This document shows positions 47,241-62,303 of a stretch of DNA of 64,000 bases, in pieces (position 1 is the stretch's first letter; each line of letters opens with the position of its first letter). The notes below the pieces were generated by a model. That model did no database searches. It was not told the origin of the DNA and saw only the letters and a program-made list of their open reading frames with translations. The stretch lies in assembly GCA_951406725.2 (NCBI GenBank), contig OX597816.1, positions 151,342,001 through 151,406,000 on the forward strand, read 5' to 3'. The translations under genes were made by a program, and so were the position numbers. This DNA comes from Octopus vulgaris. Lineage: Eukaryota.

Positions 47241-50200
47241 TGACAAGAAAATATTTTATGTCAAAATATCATCACCTGTTGTTGCTAGTGAGTCTTTCAA
47301 CTGTATTTCAGTTTCCAAGAATATTTAATCCATTTATTATTTTAGTAAGACTTAAGTGAATTTGACATTCTCTCTATATTTTTATACAGTAATTGCAATC
47401 TTTTAAATTTCTGTTCTTTCTTTGTTTTCTCAGTTTAACAGTAGAAAGAAAAACTATTAAAAGTACATATAATTTTGGACTATTTTACATATTGGATAGA
47501 ATACAATGTTGTCGATCCATTCTTTATGAACTAATTATATGACAAGTTGGTTTTTGGTACTTGCTCAATATCTTTTACAATATGGTTTGGGTGAAATACG
47601 TCCCAATATCCGACAGTTTTGCGAAAACTACTTCCTGATACAAATTATACCCTTTTCTTCTCCCACTCAAACGTAAGCAAAACAATAATTAGATGCGAAT
47701 TAAATGGCCATTGGTGCTGCCCTTCCTTCTCTAAGTAACTCATAATTTTAAAAAATAGATATAAATAAAGATATATGTGAAAAGCAGGTATTTAAATGAC
47801 CGTGTACAGCAAAGTGTCAAAATTAAATATAGTCACAAGTCATAAATAGTCACTTTAATGTATACATACATAATTTTGAAATACCTTGAATGTTTAGAGA
47901 ATGCGCAGAAACATAAATAGATTTAGAACAGATGGTTAATCATTTTAAAGGAACAACCCTATCAATATTAGTTGGCTGAGTGTTTCTGACTCACTACTTG
48001 GCTCATTATGGTCCCTCATTGTTGTATCACCCTGATCTGATCAGTAAGTAGTCACTTGAATGACCAGATGCAATTCAGATTCAGTGCTCCAGATATTCCA
48101 TACTTTTACTTAGCTGAGAACCACGTTCAATATAAGGAGATGTAGTTGTTGCTGTTGTTTTATCCAGATCAAACCCGATGAAGCAAACCTATGAACAAAG
48201 ACATTTTGTAGCTGCACGTGAGGTGATTGAACCTGTTGCAGTGGTAGTGTAGGGTGAAGTTAGCTACAGCAACAATCTTTATGCCTTGTATATTTTGGAG
48301 GGCTTTCATTTTGGGTATATTTGTTTCATTGTGTAGATGGTGTGTACACTGTTTGTGAAGTATAGTCATATTATCCAGGTAAGATAAAAAAAAAACACAG
48401 GGCATTAAAAATGTCAATATAATTCACTGTTGAGGTGTTTTATATTCTTTGCACTTTGTTTAATTTGTTGTAGAGAGATTGGAGGTTTGGGCTGGACTGG
48501 CATGTTTCACGATGGCTATTAGGGGGAAAACCTTGAAAAATTCACTTGGTAGATGTTCTTGACATGTCACCAGCTTGTCATTTATTGAAAGACCAGTGTC
48601 ATGTTACCTCCCTGTGGTAATGGTGTGTGTTACTATCCCTAGTTCATTCATTGTTCTTTTGCTGTTCACTTCACATGCTACTGTTTTTACCACTTGCAGG
48701 TAGATCTAAAGAGGTTGGTGATAGCTGAGCTTGACTTAAAACATACAAAATCTTATGAGAATTTATAGTAAATTGCAAATATGTAAGTTATATTTAGAAT
48801 AAATGAAATTAATTAAATCTTCATTCAATGACTTTAGTAGACACTTTAATGACTTTAGCAGCACACCAAACATAACCTGGTTATACACCCCTATATTGGT
48901 GTGGATGTGTATTAAGGTGTTCAAAACTTCAAATATCAGAGTGTTGCCCTCTCTCGTATGCATGCATGCTCTATTTTACCACCCTACTTTCTCTCCCCCC
49001 TGTCCCCCCTTTCTCTCTTTACTTTAATTGCTTTGAGATTTTAACTAGAGTTACAAGGTTTATTCTTTTATTGGTTTCAGTCATTGGACTGTAGCCATTC
49101 TGGGGCACATTTTAATTGATCATACTAACCTCTGTACTTGTTTTATCAATTTCTATTTATTAAGCAAGTTCCATGTTGCTATTTCTTTATTCTTAAAAAA
49201 AAACTGAAGAGAAAATAAATACAACATTATATTCTTGAGATTACTTTACTGACCTTGCTATGTTTGTTATGAATTATATTTAATTGCTGCAACTGGTATA
49301 GTTATGCCCTACTCATGTCTGCATATAGAAATTTATTGATAGAGTGAAATGTTTCATTGAAGATAATTTTTTTTAGTGAGGCAGAAAACTAATGTTTTTA
49401 GGAGAGAATTTAGGCAATTGAATCCATTTAATATGTTATTAGTTGGTTTGTACTTATTTTAACAACTCCAGAGTAAAGAAGGATCATCATCATCAGTCCA
49501 TTTTCATACTGGCATGGATTCAGATGAGTTGGCAGGATCTGGCCAGCCACATGGTCATGTTGAGGTCCAGTGACAGTTTTGGCATGGTTTCTATAGCTGG
49601 ATGTCCTTCCTAATGCTAACTACTTTACAGAGTGTACAGGGTGCTTTTATCATGCTACTGGCACTAGTGAGGTTGCAAAGCAATTTGCAAGACAAAAGAA
49701 CTGGAAGAAAACAAAAGGAAGAAACTTCTTCGACAAAAGTGGGATGGGAGTATTTGAGAAGGAAAGGAAGGGCTATGGTTCTATGTCAGCTGTTGAGAGG
49801 CCAAAGGTGATAGATGGGCAGGAGATACAAGGATATCTCACATTATATAGTGGATGGGAGTATCTGGAGAAAAGGTAGAAATGATGGTGACAAGTTGCCA
49901 GAATATCTCAGGATACAAGAAGGTGGGTATAAAAAAGAATACAGACAGTGAATCAGTTAGGGGGAAAGGGGGGAGTTTCTTAAGAGTTTGAAGCGAAAGT
50001 AATGGTTAGAGATGGGGGTAGAGGTGAATGTAGTGAGTGATAAACAAGGGTTGCAGTGCAGTTGATGGGGGTATGGGGAAGGGTATGGTGAGAGATATAG
50101 GGATGGCTCAGGAAGGAGAATAGAGCAAAAAGAAGCAGAATGGTATGCAAGGAATAGCAGTGGTGAGGAGAGAGAGGTAGAGGTATATAAGGTGGTGGCT

Positions 50201-52643
50201 GTATTAATTGAGACATGCTGGCAGATATGAGAAGGCATCGAGCAGATGTGAGAAGTGTTAAGAATGGAGTATGGTTGAGGAGAGAGAGCAATGACTGAAG
50301 ACACAGAAAGGAGATGGTTGACAGAAGTAGTGTGGGCAGGGATGATAATGAGAAATGGAAGTAATCTCATGGTGAGGAGGGAAGTAACTGAAAGTACAAA
50401 GAAAGGTAGATGATGCAATACATTCTGATTCTGCTCTCAGGTGATTAGAGCAATTGAGTAGTACTATAGATAGAAGAATGATGGGTGTTAGGGGAAGACA
50501 AGTAGGGAATGCTTGTCCTAAATGTAAAAAAACATGGTGTTCTAAAACCAATCTGCCCACTCACTACTTTTGAACTAGAAAGAAGAATATACTTGCTGAG
50601 ATTTAGATATATCTTTTTTTTTTTTTTTTACATATTTTCACTCATAACACCTTTATCCTTCATCTTCATCAGTGTGTAAGTGTTAGTAGTCTTTATCTTC
50701 AAGTTATTTTCACTTAAAAAATTAAAAGATGAGAAAGAATTAAAAAAGAAACCTGTGAAACTTTTTTATATTTTCTGTTATTAAAGTGTCTCATTTAGTT
50801 TTTGGCCATTTTCTTTCAGTCAGCCATTCCAAGAAAGTCCAATGTATAATTGTTGACTCCAGCTACTCTTTTCGTAGTATTCAGGATAAGATTCTGGATA
50901 AAATTGACATTGATAAGAAATCTCATGTCATCAAGGTAAGGAAGTCTGCATTTAGTGATTTGCTAAGCTCATTACCAGATATTATGTGACTGAGGAAACT
51001 TTGATAAATAACTGAGATAGAAAGAAGCAATAAAATAGTATCTAAAATGTATCAGACATTATTTGTCACTAATTACTACATTAGTTCCTACAATAGGGTA
51101 TAATGCTCTAGCTTTATGAAGCCAGTATGATCTCAAGTTCAAATTCACAGTCTCTATTTCATACTGTGGTTGGTGGGAAGAACATGCTGAGGCATTCATC
51201 TTGCAGTGGACTGAACATAGGTAATCCAATACAATCCAATTACCACAAAACTGACTTATTTGACATCAGACATATTAATGTTTCTCTCATTCTCTCCTTT
51301 TCCTCTCTCTCTCTTCATGTGTGAGCATATTTCTTTTCATGTGTATGGGGAGAGGGAAAGAGTTTATGCCAGTTGTGTTCAGTTAATAAATTGTAATCTC
51401 TGTGTGCACACGTGTGTGTGTGTCTCCAGTATGAAAAAGTACTGTCACCAAAACAGGTTGAATGTCCAATCAGCTGTACCAAATTATTTCATTCCATGAA
51501 AAAATATATGTAAAAACATTAATGGTGGTGTGTGTTACTTCATCATGAATTATGTAACGCTTGGAAATAGATTGAATTAATCTAAAAGTTGGGGCTATTG
51601 GGCATTAGTAATTTAATCATGAACAGTATGATATTCTAAAATGTTTTATTCTACAAATAATCAGTGGTTAAATTTCCATTCAGTAACATTGTTTCAGCAT
51701 TCATTTTGCTATGCCAACGTGCCTTGTGCTGCACCATAGTCTAACACATTGCAATTTTTTTATGATCCTGCATCATCTTGATTTAAAATTCAAAATCCAT
51801 TGAAATTGACATCTAAAAAAAAATGTAAATGCTATTTAGTAGGTTGGTGATGCCCAATAACTTTGTAAACCTCTTGTTTTATTGCATCAGTCATTCCCTT
51901 TTCCTATACACCTTCCTTGTTCTTCATCTGCTTCAGCACTTTATCACTGTCATTCAAACATATTACAGGGATACTCTGTAATCAAAACTATAATGTATAG
52001 TAATATTCTACCTTCATTATATTGTTGTTGTTTTTTCCAGGCACGTAACAGTAAAGGCTCAGTGATTACTCTAACCGGAAAAGTACCTTCAAATACTTCT
52101 GACAAGTATGTAGTCCACACTGAAGTGGATGTTTTTCTGATATTCATTTAACTTATTTTTTAAGATTAATTACTTTATTTTTACAAATGTCGCTCATTGT
52201 ATGTGTGTAGATGCAGGCATAGCTATATAGTTGAGAAGTTTGCACAGTCCCTATCCTAAATCTAGGTTCCTACCCCTGTAGGAACTCATAAATCATATAC
52301 CACAACCTTCCAAGTGTAATCTGTACTACTGTCAACCCTTGCCCAACAAAACATCTACAGCATACAGCATGTTGCTGTGTGCTGTTTTACAAAAACCATC
52401 CGCATCTACATTCATATTTACATTCATAAACTGCACACAACTTAGAGTATTGAAATGCATGCAACCAAAGAACCTCATTACAACACCACAACTTCCATTT
52501 TTTAACTTGATGTTATATACTCTGTGACTAATTCATTAGTCTTAGAATTTCACTTGTATCAATAGTTTTCTTCTTTAAGGTAAACAATCTGATATACATT
52601 CTGTTAGCCAGTATTTGCATGAGTGATGACAGTTGATACAGCT

Positions 52644-52696
<53 letters not shown>

Positions 52697-55600
52697 TCAT
52701 CATCATCATCATCGTTTAATGTCCGTTTTCCATGCTAGCATGGGTTGGACTGTTCGACCAGGGTCTGGGAAGCCAGGAGGCTGCACCAGGCTCCAGTCTG
52801 ATCTGGCAGTGTTTCTACAGCTGGATGCCCTTCCTAACGCCAACCATTCTGTGAGTGTAGTGGGTGCTTTTTATGTGCCACCAGCACAGGTGCCAGGGGA
52901 AGCTGGCAGCAGCCACGATCGGTTGGTGCTTTTTACGTGCCACCGGCACAGGTATCACGACTACAATTTCCATTTGATATTTATTTTGATGTTGATGTTC
53001 TTGACTCAATAGGTCTCCTCAAGCACAGCAGGTCACCCTACGATCCAAGGTAAGCACAGCAGGTCGTTCTGCAAATCAAGGTACTTTGGATGGGCTGGGG
53101 ATATGCGAAACTGGTGCAGGAAACAGCCATGAACTCACATTATTTTTCGGGTCTTTACAGTCACCGCATATCTCCAGAGATCTCAGTCTTTCGTCATTGC
53201 CTCTGTGAGGCCCAACGTTCGATGGTCATGCTTGACCACCTCATCTCATGTCTTCCTGGGTCTACCTCTCCCCCAGATACCTTCACACAGACACACATAC
53301 ATACATACTGTATAATTGTATATAATATCTTGAAATCATTTAATATGTGTTTCGTGTTTACATAATACATAACAGGAAATGCATCCAGTGCATTTCCTGT
53401 CACATGTTATACAAACCTGAATTGTACATATTAAATGATTTCAGAAATATCACTATTTGGTTTGACTTCATTATTACAACTAATATAAATCGATGCTAGT
53501 ACTTGTGTGGATAGTCTAACAACAATTTGGAGTAGTTTGTTATATTTGGCTTAAGTTAAAATTCTGGTACCATACACTGCTTCTTAGTGTAAAGAAATAT
53601 TTTTGTTGAATTTTCTATTGCGGAACAGTACATTATAATATAAATAAAAGTATGTATGAGTATGTTTTTCATCAATGAAAAGACATAAAAAATATGTAAA
53701 CTTTATCAAGAATACTGAATAATTGATGCATTTAAATAAAATATCTGTGTGATATTTATTTTGTAGTGAATTGCACAGACAATCCTTCATTATTTCTTAC
53801 TTCATTAAAAACGTGTAATCAATGATGATATTGCTCACCACTGCAGTCTAAAATATATATTAATCTGTAGATTTGATAACAATTTCTATTTTTTCCCTCT
53901 TCTTCTAGTCCTTACCACATTGAAGTAATTCCACATTACTATCATGGTAAGTGAAAGTTTCACCTTTTCTGTCATATTCATTGTTACTGTCACTTTTTGC
54001 TGAATATTTGAATTGCCACTGTATCCATTTTTTATCTGCATTATACATACTTTATTTGGCCTCTCTCAAGTTCCTAATGATTTGCTGTAGTTTAGAATTT
54101 AGCTAACTATAGTGTCTGGATTAGAGATGGAGTTGGTCTCCAAGTTTCAATTCATATCAGCTTATAATATTTTGTTTGCAAGTAGAAGCACTATATGGGT
54201 GTCTGCTTTCACCTTCAAGAGGGAAGTGGATATATGATTTATAGTGAGTCAGAGTTAATGATGAGAGTATATTTAAGGCAAGCCCAAAGAATTAGTTTGG
54301 TATGACCGTTGCTTCAAGATATGACACTGTGTACACATACAATAATATAGTATTATACACCCATCTTTTGTTGTTAGTTATGTGTGTTAACATTTATGAA
54401 CATTCATTCTGAATATATTTGGATGTGTGTGTGTAGCAGATTGCCTGTATGTGAAAATCTATGCATGTTTAAGCATGCATGAAGGTTTCAGAGAAAGTGA
54501 GTTGGGTGTCAATTTCATAAATGTATGTGCACATGTAGAGTTGCAGATAGTTGAATTATGAAGTGTACTGTGTGCAATCCAACAGTCCAGTCCATTTAAC
54601 TACCGGTTGATACAACTCTTTAATGTTCATTAACTTGCCATACTTGAGATCAATTCCTCCTGGAAGTATAGCTTGAAGATGTGTTATGATGACTTGTCCT
54701 TGACATACTGCATGAAAATGATTTTACTTGTGATGCTCAAACAACTCAGTGATACAACATCAACATATATACAGATTGATGTATGAGTGTAGCATCTTGT
54801 GTATATGTAACCAATGGCTGATAGTAAGACATTGGTGTGAAATGCAATTAAACAAAAAAATAAAGGTACTTGGTAGTTCCAGACAAAGAGGAATAGTATT
54901 TGCTTACAGAGCTTCTCATTCTGAATCCTCAGGCAACTGATAATGTTATTTGAAGCTTTTTTTTATATATATATATATACATCAGTTTGATCTGTTTAGG
55001 TCAAACTGAAATCAGCTTGGCTAGAATTTTGTAGAACAAACTCTGCAGATGATTTTCTATAGAAAAGCTTCTATGAAAAATTCTTCTGAAAGCCTCTATG
55101 AATTTACAAATATATGAAAATTAGTGATTAGAAAGATGTTTTAAGAATTTTTGATAAATTAGTTTCATCTCTGGATATAGTTTATAATTGAGGATAAATA
55201 TATTCTCTCCTTCTCTCTTCCCTTTTAAATATTTTTTGTCAGACTGGAAGACAGTACTTATCATCCTTTACTGAGCCTCTGAGATGAGTGAGGAGAGTGA
55301 CCTGGCTCAAATGTGACAGAGAGGACTCTACTATAGGCACCTAAGGCCAGTTGGTGGTTTTAAACGAGGTGATGGATTAAGTCTACCACCCAACTAGGCC
55401 ACAGCAAATCTTGAATTCAGAATGTGAAGAGTGGGAACAAATACCACTGACTGGCCTCTGGTCTGACATTATTACAGTTCTGCCAATCCATTGTCCTGGG
55501 TTGGTGCTTTTTTATCAACCCTAAAAGAATTGACTTAGGTAGGATTTGAATACAGAGCAGCAAGAGTCTTTAGCTAAATGGTTATTAATACATAGTTTGT

Positions 55601-55801
55601 TGGAGGTTGGTTTATATTTGTGTATTGTATTTTGTGGATTGTTTTTGGTGAAGGTCATGTCAGAACTTATATTATGTGTGCCATTATTGTATTAGTGTGC
55701 ACTGAGGTATACATATATGCATACAACTAAGTATGGTGGTACCCAGAACACATAAGAATCTATGTAGACACACATACACTTACATATACACATGTGTATA
55801 T

Positions 55802-55858
<57 letters not shown>

Positions 55859-58800
55859 GTGTGTGTGATTGTGTATAGAAGAATATATTAATAAAAAGAA
55901 TTCCAACCTTGTCTGATTTTCACGTTTTATTTACAATCTTATAATGATATATTATAAGATAATATATTATAATTGAATAAAATAAAATGAAATAGTAGAA
56001 TGTTAAATATTCATTCTGATTGAACTAGTACTTTCATGCATTGAATTCTGCAATCTTCGGGTTCATGTAGTAGTGTTGACAGTCATGCTTCACAATTTTT
56101 GACTGTAGCAAGATGAGTGATTCTGTGCTATAAATACAGCTGGGTAGGCTCCAGAGTGCTAGGTTTTGCAAACTGTATTCTGACCAATCAGTGTGTAGTA
56201 TCACTCAATTACTTAAGCTGATTGGTTGGTTGAGCTGATTGGTTTAGGCATCACGCTTTGTTGGACAGGTCAAGAGTCCTGTATCTTGACCCTGGCCGAA
56301 GCAGCAATTGTTGGGTTATTTTTAGAAATGTTGTAAATATCCTTTGTCAGAGATTTTTATATTTTTATATTTCAATTGTCATCATCATCATTGTCAGCAC
56401 CTTAATTATTGTTGCTAGTGGTGATGGTGGTGGCAATAGAACTTTTAACCCTAAATAAGATAATTTTCCTGCTATCTTCGTCTTGATCATCTTTAGTATT
56501 GTTGTTGTTGTTAGTGGTCATGGTCGTAGCAGTGGAAGTAATACCTCTAAGTATTATTATTATTGCTTATTTAGCTTGGGTTCGAATTTATCAATAAAAT
56601 TCTTTTCTCTGATTTTCCTCTCGATTTCACTTGGGCTGTGTAATTTGTAGAATGGAAATATTATATATATTTTCCGACCACATGTTGCTAGGTGGTTACT
56701 CAAAGGTATCTGACGGACCTCTGGGTCTCTAATCTGTTGCCGGTGTACACGTGAGCGTTCTAATAGTGCGTTTCCCGTCTGACCTACATATATTTCTTCA
56801 CAATTTGGGCATTTGATGCAGTAAATTAAATTTCTGCTTTTGCAGTTCATATTCGCGTTTGTGAATATTTTCCCGTTTTTGTGTTTATATATTGACCGGT
56901 ATGTATGAATTGGCATGTGCCACATTGGCTATCATTGCATTTAGATACCGTGAATGTTTGGTCTTTGTTGCTGAGGTCAAATTTTGCCTTTGTTAGTAAT
57001 GTTTTCAAGTTTTTAGGCTGTCTTTTACTAAGCACCATAGCTCGATCCTTGATTATGTCTTTTAATTCATTACTTTGGGCAATGATTGGTAGGTTTGCTT
57101 TGGCAATGTTGAAGATATTCTGGTGACATGGGTTGTGTGTCACTATGAATGGTATGACTTGTTCTTGTTTTCCTCTTCCTTGGGTTGTCCTAAGTTGTTG
57201 TATAGGTATTTTTATAGCCCGCTGTATGCCATTTTCTATAAGTAGAGATGGGTATTTTTGTTTGAGCAAAAATTCTCTTAGTTCTATTAGGCGTTTGTTC
57301 CTGATATTTGCATCTTCTACAATAGTACAAATTCTTCTGGCTAGGCAGTATGGGATGTTACGTTTTGTATGTGGTGGATGGCACGACTTAAAATTTAGGT
57401 ATTGATGTGTGTCTGTGTGTTTATAGTATATATCTGTGGTGATGGTGGTGTCTTTTTTAATTACCATTATATCCAGGAATGGTAATTTGGTACTACTCAT
57501 CTCCTTTGTAAATTTGAGAGATGGGTGTAGGTTGTTCAGGAGGATATTGAACTCTTCCAGAGTATTTAGAGATTCTGTCCAGATTATGAAACAGTCGTCT
57601 AGGTATCTCTTCCATGCCTTTTCAATATACTTTTCAATATATATATATATTTTCAATATATATATATATGCATTCACACACATACTCGCAAGTATATATA
57701 TGTACTCACATGTGCAAGTGTACACACACACGCGCACGAACCCAAATAAATACAAATACACAAATATATTCAAATATATTACTGCACATTGGTATTTGTA
57801 CATATACATCCATACATATAAACACATATATAGGTACACATACATATGCATTTTTGAATAAGTTATATGTGTGAACAAACCTATTTACAACCCTCCATAC
57901 AAATTTTTCATAAAGTAAACTTTTCTATGTGAATAACTTATTTACAGAATTTGTTCCACAGAAATTTTTATAAATTTTTATACATTTTTTACACTTTGTT
58001 ATATGTCCATACATCAACTTACAGCATGACCCAAACAGATCAAACTTACCAGTTACCTGAGGATTAAAACAAAAAACTCTTAGTATCAGACTCAGCTTTA
58101 AATAAATAGTATATCTGTCTTTATGTATACTTATATGTGGATATACAAGCTGTAACTTAATTCTCTTATTTATTTAAATTCATTTTTTCTTCTATTTCCA
58201 GCAAAGCCATTATCCTTTGTAAATAGAGATTATTTGACAGTATTTGTTAATGCAAAGTTAAAATCTTTTACAAGAAGAGTAAGTAAATATCATCATTACT
58301 ACTACTACTATTACGAATTTAATGGTATTCATGTATTTATAAAATTCAATAACAATAATTATTTTACATACAATAGGGTATGTAAAGGAGTTTGTTGGTT
58401 TTTTTTATTTGTTTACATCCATTATTCCATGCAATTGTTTTACAGCCAGATGCCCTTCTTACTACTAACTGCTCCCCAGTGGAGTGGTTTTACCAGTTAG
58501 GCAAACTAGAACAAGCAAATTTGTGTGCCATGCCCAAGGACAGAACATACTGTCTGTAGTAAGATGATCATCATCTAAACATATTTAGCCTTGCTTGTGT
58601 CATCAATTTCAACATTGAAGTTGATGACACACAGACCCACACGTTCTTGCAGAGTCTTAACTCCAAAATATTTTGCAGCATCTTTATCCTACACAAATCA
58701 TTTGATAAGATTATCAGTCTTAATTTTAAATCATTAGTATTTCAAAATTATTTTTCGAGTGATTATATGCTGGAAACATTCTTGCAGTTAATCTCTCTCT

Positions 58801-61800
58801 CTCCATGGAACAAGTTATCTGTGGCATAATAAACAAGAATGTTAACTCATGTAAAGTAAATGTTTGTTCAGTACCTGCATGAACATGTACATATATTTGC
58901 AAATATGTCAGTTAAAGATGAACAGACTCTAAACAGTTTGAAATGTATTTTACAAAAAAATAAACAAAAATACATGAAAACTGAGGGTAACAATCTGAAG
59001 AAAATGTTTCTATTAGTTTATGTGTTTTTGAATTTTTATTAAGAGACTATTATTTTGTTTATATTTTTGTATTATAGTTAGAAGCATTGCAAGCGGCTAT
59101 TCCTGATTATCCGAAAACTATTGAAGAAAGAATATTTAAAGCAAGTATTTTTGTCTCTGCCTTTGTTGTTCTTTTAAGAATAATATTTTGCTCACAGTTG
59201 TGTATCATTCATGTGGTGATTTATTAATGGCTGCTTTTCTTTTTACCAATATCCTTAACTTGTGGATGAGTACTTTTAAGGAGCTGCTTTACTAAACCTA
59301 TCATAGATCTGTTAGAAGATCACAACTGATTAAGTTGAAAGGGTGCTTGCCACTAGCAAAATAATTCATGGTTCATATGCTGCCACTGGATCTGTTTTGT
59401 ATCTGCAGCAGAAATATATACATTTCATTTACACAGTTAATCTAAATGCGAATAGGTAGAATGAATGGTATAGGTTGTTATTATAAGTGGGAGGAGCACT
59501 GTATAATGTTTTAATGTGTTTCTTTACCTGTAAAAAGAGGAAGATTTGCTAGAAACTGTGCAGAAGAAATACAATACCTGTCAAAAAGCAGATAGTGAAC
59601 AAGTGTGTTCTAAGACCACATGAGATTGATAAATCCCTACTTCTAGTCTTGGAATTCTTATACTCATGCTCTTGTAGGCTACCTTGGTTGGCAAAGACTA
59701 AGAGAAGGAAACTCTAATATAGAAACCTTGACCGTTTCTTGTCACTGCACATGGTAAATGATACTTAGTGAGTGGAATTCATGCTCTACAAGTATCTAGC
59801 ATTATAGTCTCTATGAGGTACAGGTACCTTCAAACACTGCAGTACATTACACCTCTCATAACTAGTACTATTTAACATTAAGGTATTTTATGATGAATGG
59901 AACCAATTTTATCTATACTATGCTTTCAAATTTTTTTAGCAATGGATGCATGGCAACATATGCAAATTTGATGAGTTGGAACCATGCAGTCTTGAACCTG
60001 TGCATTAAATGGCAGGGGTTTTATCTTAACATTGTTTTCTTCAATCTTAGCAGTTAAGAAATTGCATGAAATTCCCTGTGTCTGATGAGGAAGGCACTGC
60101 TTTCTCTGTTACTGGGATAGGACTGGAAAAGGTGTCCTAAATATTGCCTGCTTTACATGCTGATTAGTTTCCCTGACTGATAGATGTTCATTTCAACAGG
60201 AGCAATAAATGTATAAGCATAAAAAAATTAAGGACACATCTATGGATCAGTTGCTGGAGTGTGTGAGGTCTGGTGGTTGTTGGAAAATCCTGCAGACCTG
60301 AGTGCTGTACTGCTCTTGTTGTAGCAGAGCTTGATTGATATATGATCAATATTGCTGCTCTTTCTGAGACATGATTGCCAGGGAAAGTCTGCAAATTGAA
60401 ATTGGTTGTGGCTTCAGTTTCTTTTGGGCAGGTATTCTAACAGAATGATAAATGAGTAGAAGTATTGACTTTGTGGTCAGGAAGAACCTAGCTGATAGGG
60501 CTAGTAGTATTACCATCCAATCATTAAACTCTTTGCTGCTGCTGTTGTTATCCTGCGGGTGACATGTAACTTTCTTCTCTGTATATGCACTCGCTCTTCA
60601 CTCAGTGAAAGAAACTGTCTCTTTTCTATGAGAATCTTTGAAATGTCATTCTTTCCACACTGACTGGTGACAAACTTATCCTTTCTGGTAACCTTAATGC
60701 CAGAATGTCAGAGTAGGTCACAACTGAAGTGTGTGGTCTAGTTTGGAGTGCTTTGATTTAGGTCAGATGAATAATATTAAGCTACAATTGTGACAACTAT
60801 GTTCTGAACTGATAGATAATACACTGTTTCACAAAAAATCTTAAGCATAAATTACCTGGATCTACCCTTAGTCAATACAAAGTCATCTTAATAACTTCAT
60901 AATATATTGTTTGCCATGTATTTTGCAATGACAATTGTTCATGCAAGGACTGTGATCTAAGCATCTTTGTCTGCTATTGTAAACCAGGCAAATTGTTTAA
61001 TCTAAATTGTTTGAAAGGTAAATCAAAAATCTTTGTAACTTTTGTTCCTGGTTTTTGTAAGCTAATGATTGTGTTCTTGTGGCTCACTTGTAAATAATGC
61101 AGGAAATAATGAACCTCTTTTCCAATGTGTGTACTTGCTTTTGGCCTTACAAGAATCCTGACAAAGACTAATGTGTTGTTTACACCTGTCCCAAAAGAGA
61201 CCTATGTTGAACCAAATGTATTTGTCTGAAGGACTAGATTTGATAGTGTGTATTCTTTTGTGTATCTTGGCAGTTCTGTTTCTGGAATGGATCTCTAGAT
61301 TCTTATATTAACTTGAAGACTGAGAAGGTTTCAGTTATGTTTGGGACACTGAAGATATGAATCAGACTGGGACTTAAAACTGTCTATCAAGCTTCGCATC
61401 TATATTTGCATTATCACATACCTACTATACTTGTACAAATATAGGCCCCCACCTGTCAACAACACATCAGTATATCAAGAAATTTTACCAGAAATGTGTA
61501 AAGCATATAGACTTCAGTCATAAACTTTTTACACTTGAAACAAAAGTACTGGGAAAAAGTGGGCAATTTCAGTATGGAAGCTCTTCATCAGGTACCATTT
61601 TTGATGGGTTAGTCATGTCTCCTATCATGATGATTTCATGCTTCTAAAATAATTATGGAGAACTAGGTCTTGGTAAATGTCCCTTGCACAAACTGAAAAA
61701 GAAATAAAAAATCTTAGCTATAAGTCTTCAAGCATCAGCCCTGTTCATTGGGAACATCTTACACTGAACAGTAGTGACTGGCAGTGGAGAGTGAGGAACA

Positions 61801-62253
61801 ATAGCCTACAGGCTGAAAAAAATTGAATCACCCATCAAATAGTGAAACGTATACTGTTTGAGGCTCTGCATGGTTGAGGATCCACAGATAATCTCATCTG
61901 CATAGTCTTGTTGCATTACACTTTCAAAGCCAGATCAGTCATCCATATAAAGTCATATAATGGAAGGATGCTTATATGCATGTAGCTCAAATGACTTTAA
62001 ACACAGAGCAAGGCCGTTCTTTATGTCCAAAGGTGTGTACACCTGCTGGGTTGAAAATCCATTATGGGAGAAGCACAAAAGAAGAGCTGCTGTTAATATG
62101 ATTTTTGACCAAACTATGTGCTAAATTGTCATTAATTTTTTTAAAAATCAGAACTTGGTATTTATCTGAAGATTGATGGTAGACAGGCTACAGGGTCATG
62201 CCTCCAATGAGCAAGTGATTATACTCAAAATAAAGTCAACAGCCACAATATAT

Positions 62254-62303
<50 letters not shown>

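Noticed and set aside
59950-61700. Possible decayed LINE endonuclease/RT relic in intron 6 of the 173-aa gene
   Set aside because: Only faint motif remnants (G.LNAR, TW..P); the boundaries and family cannot be supported by eye.
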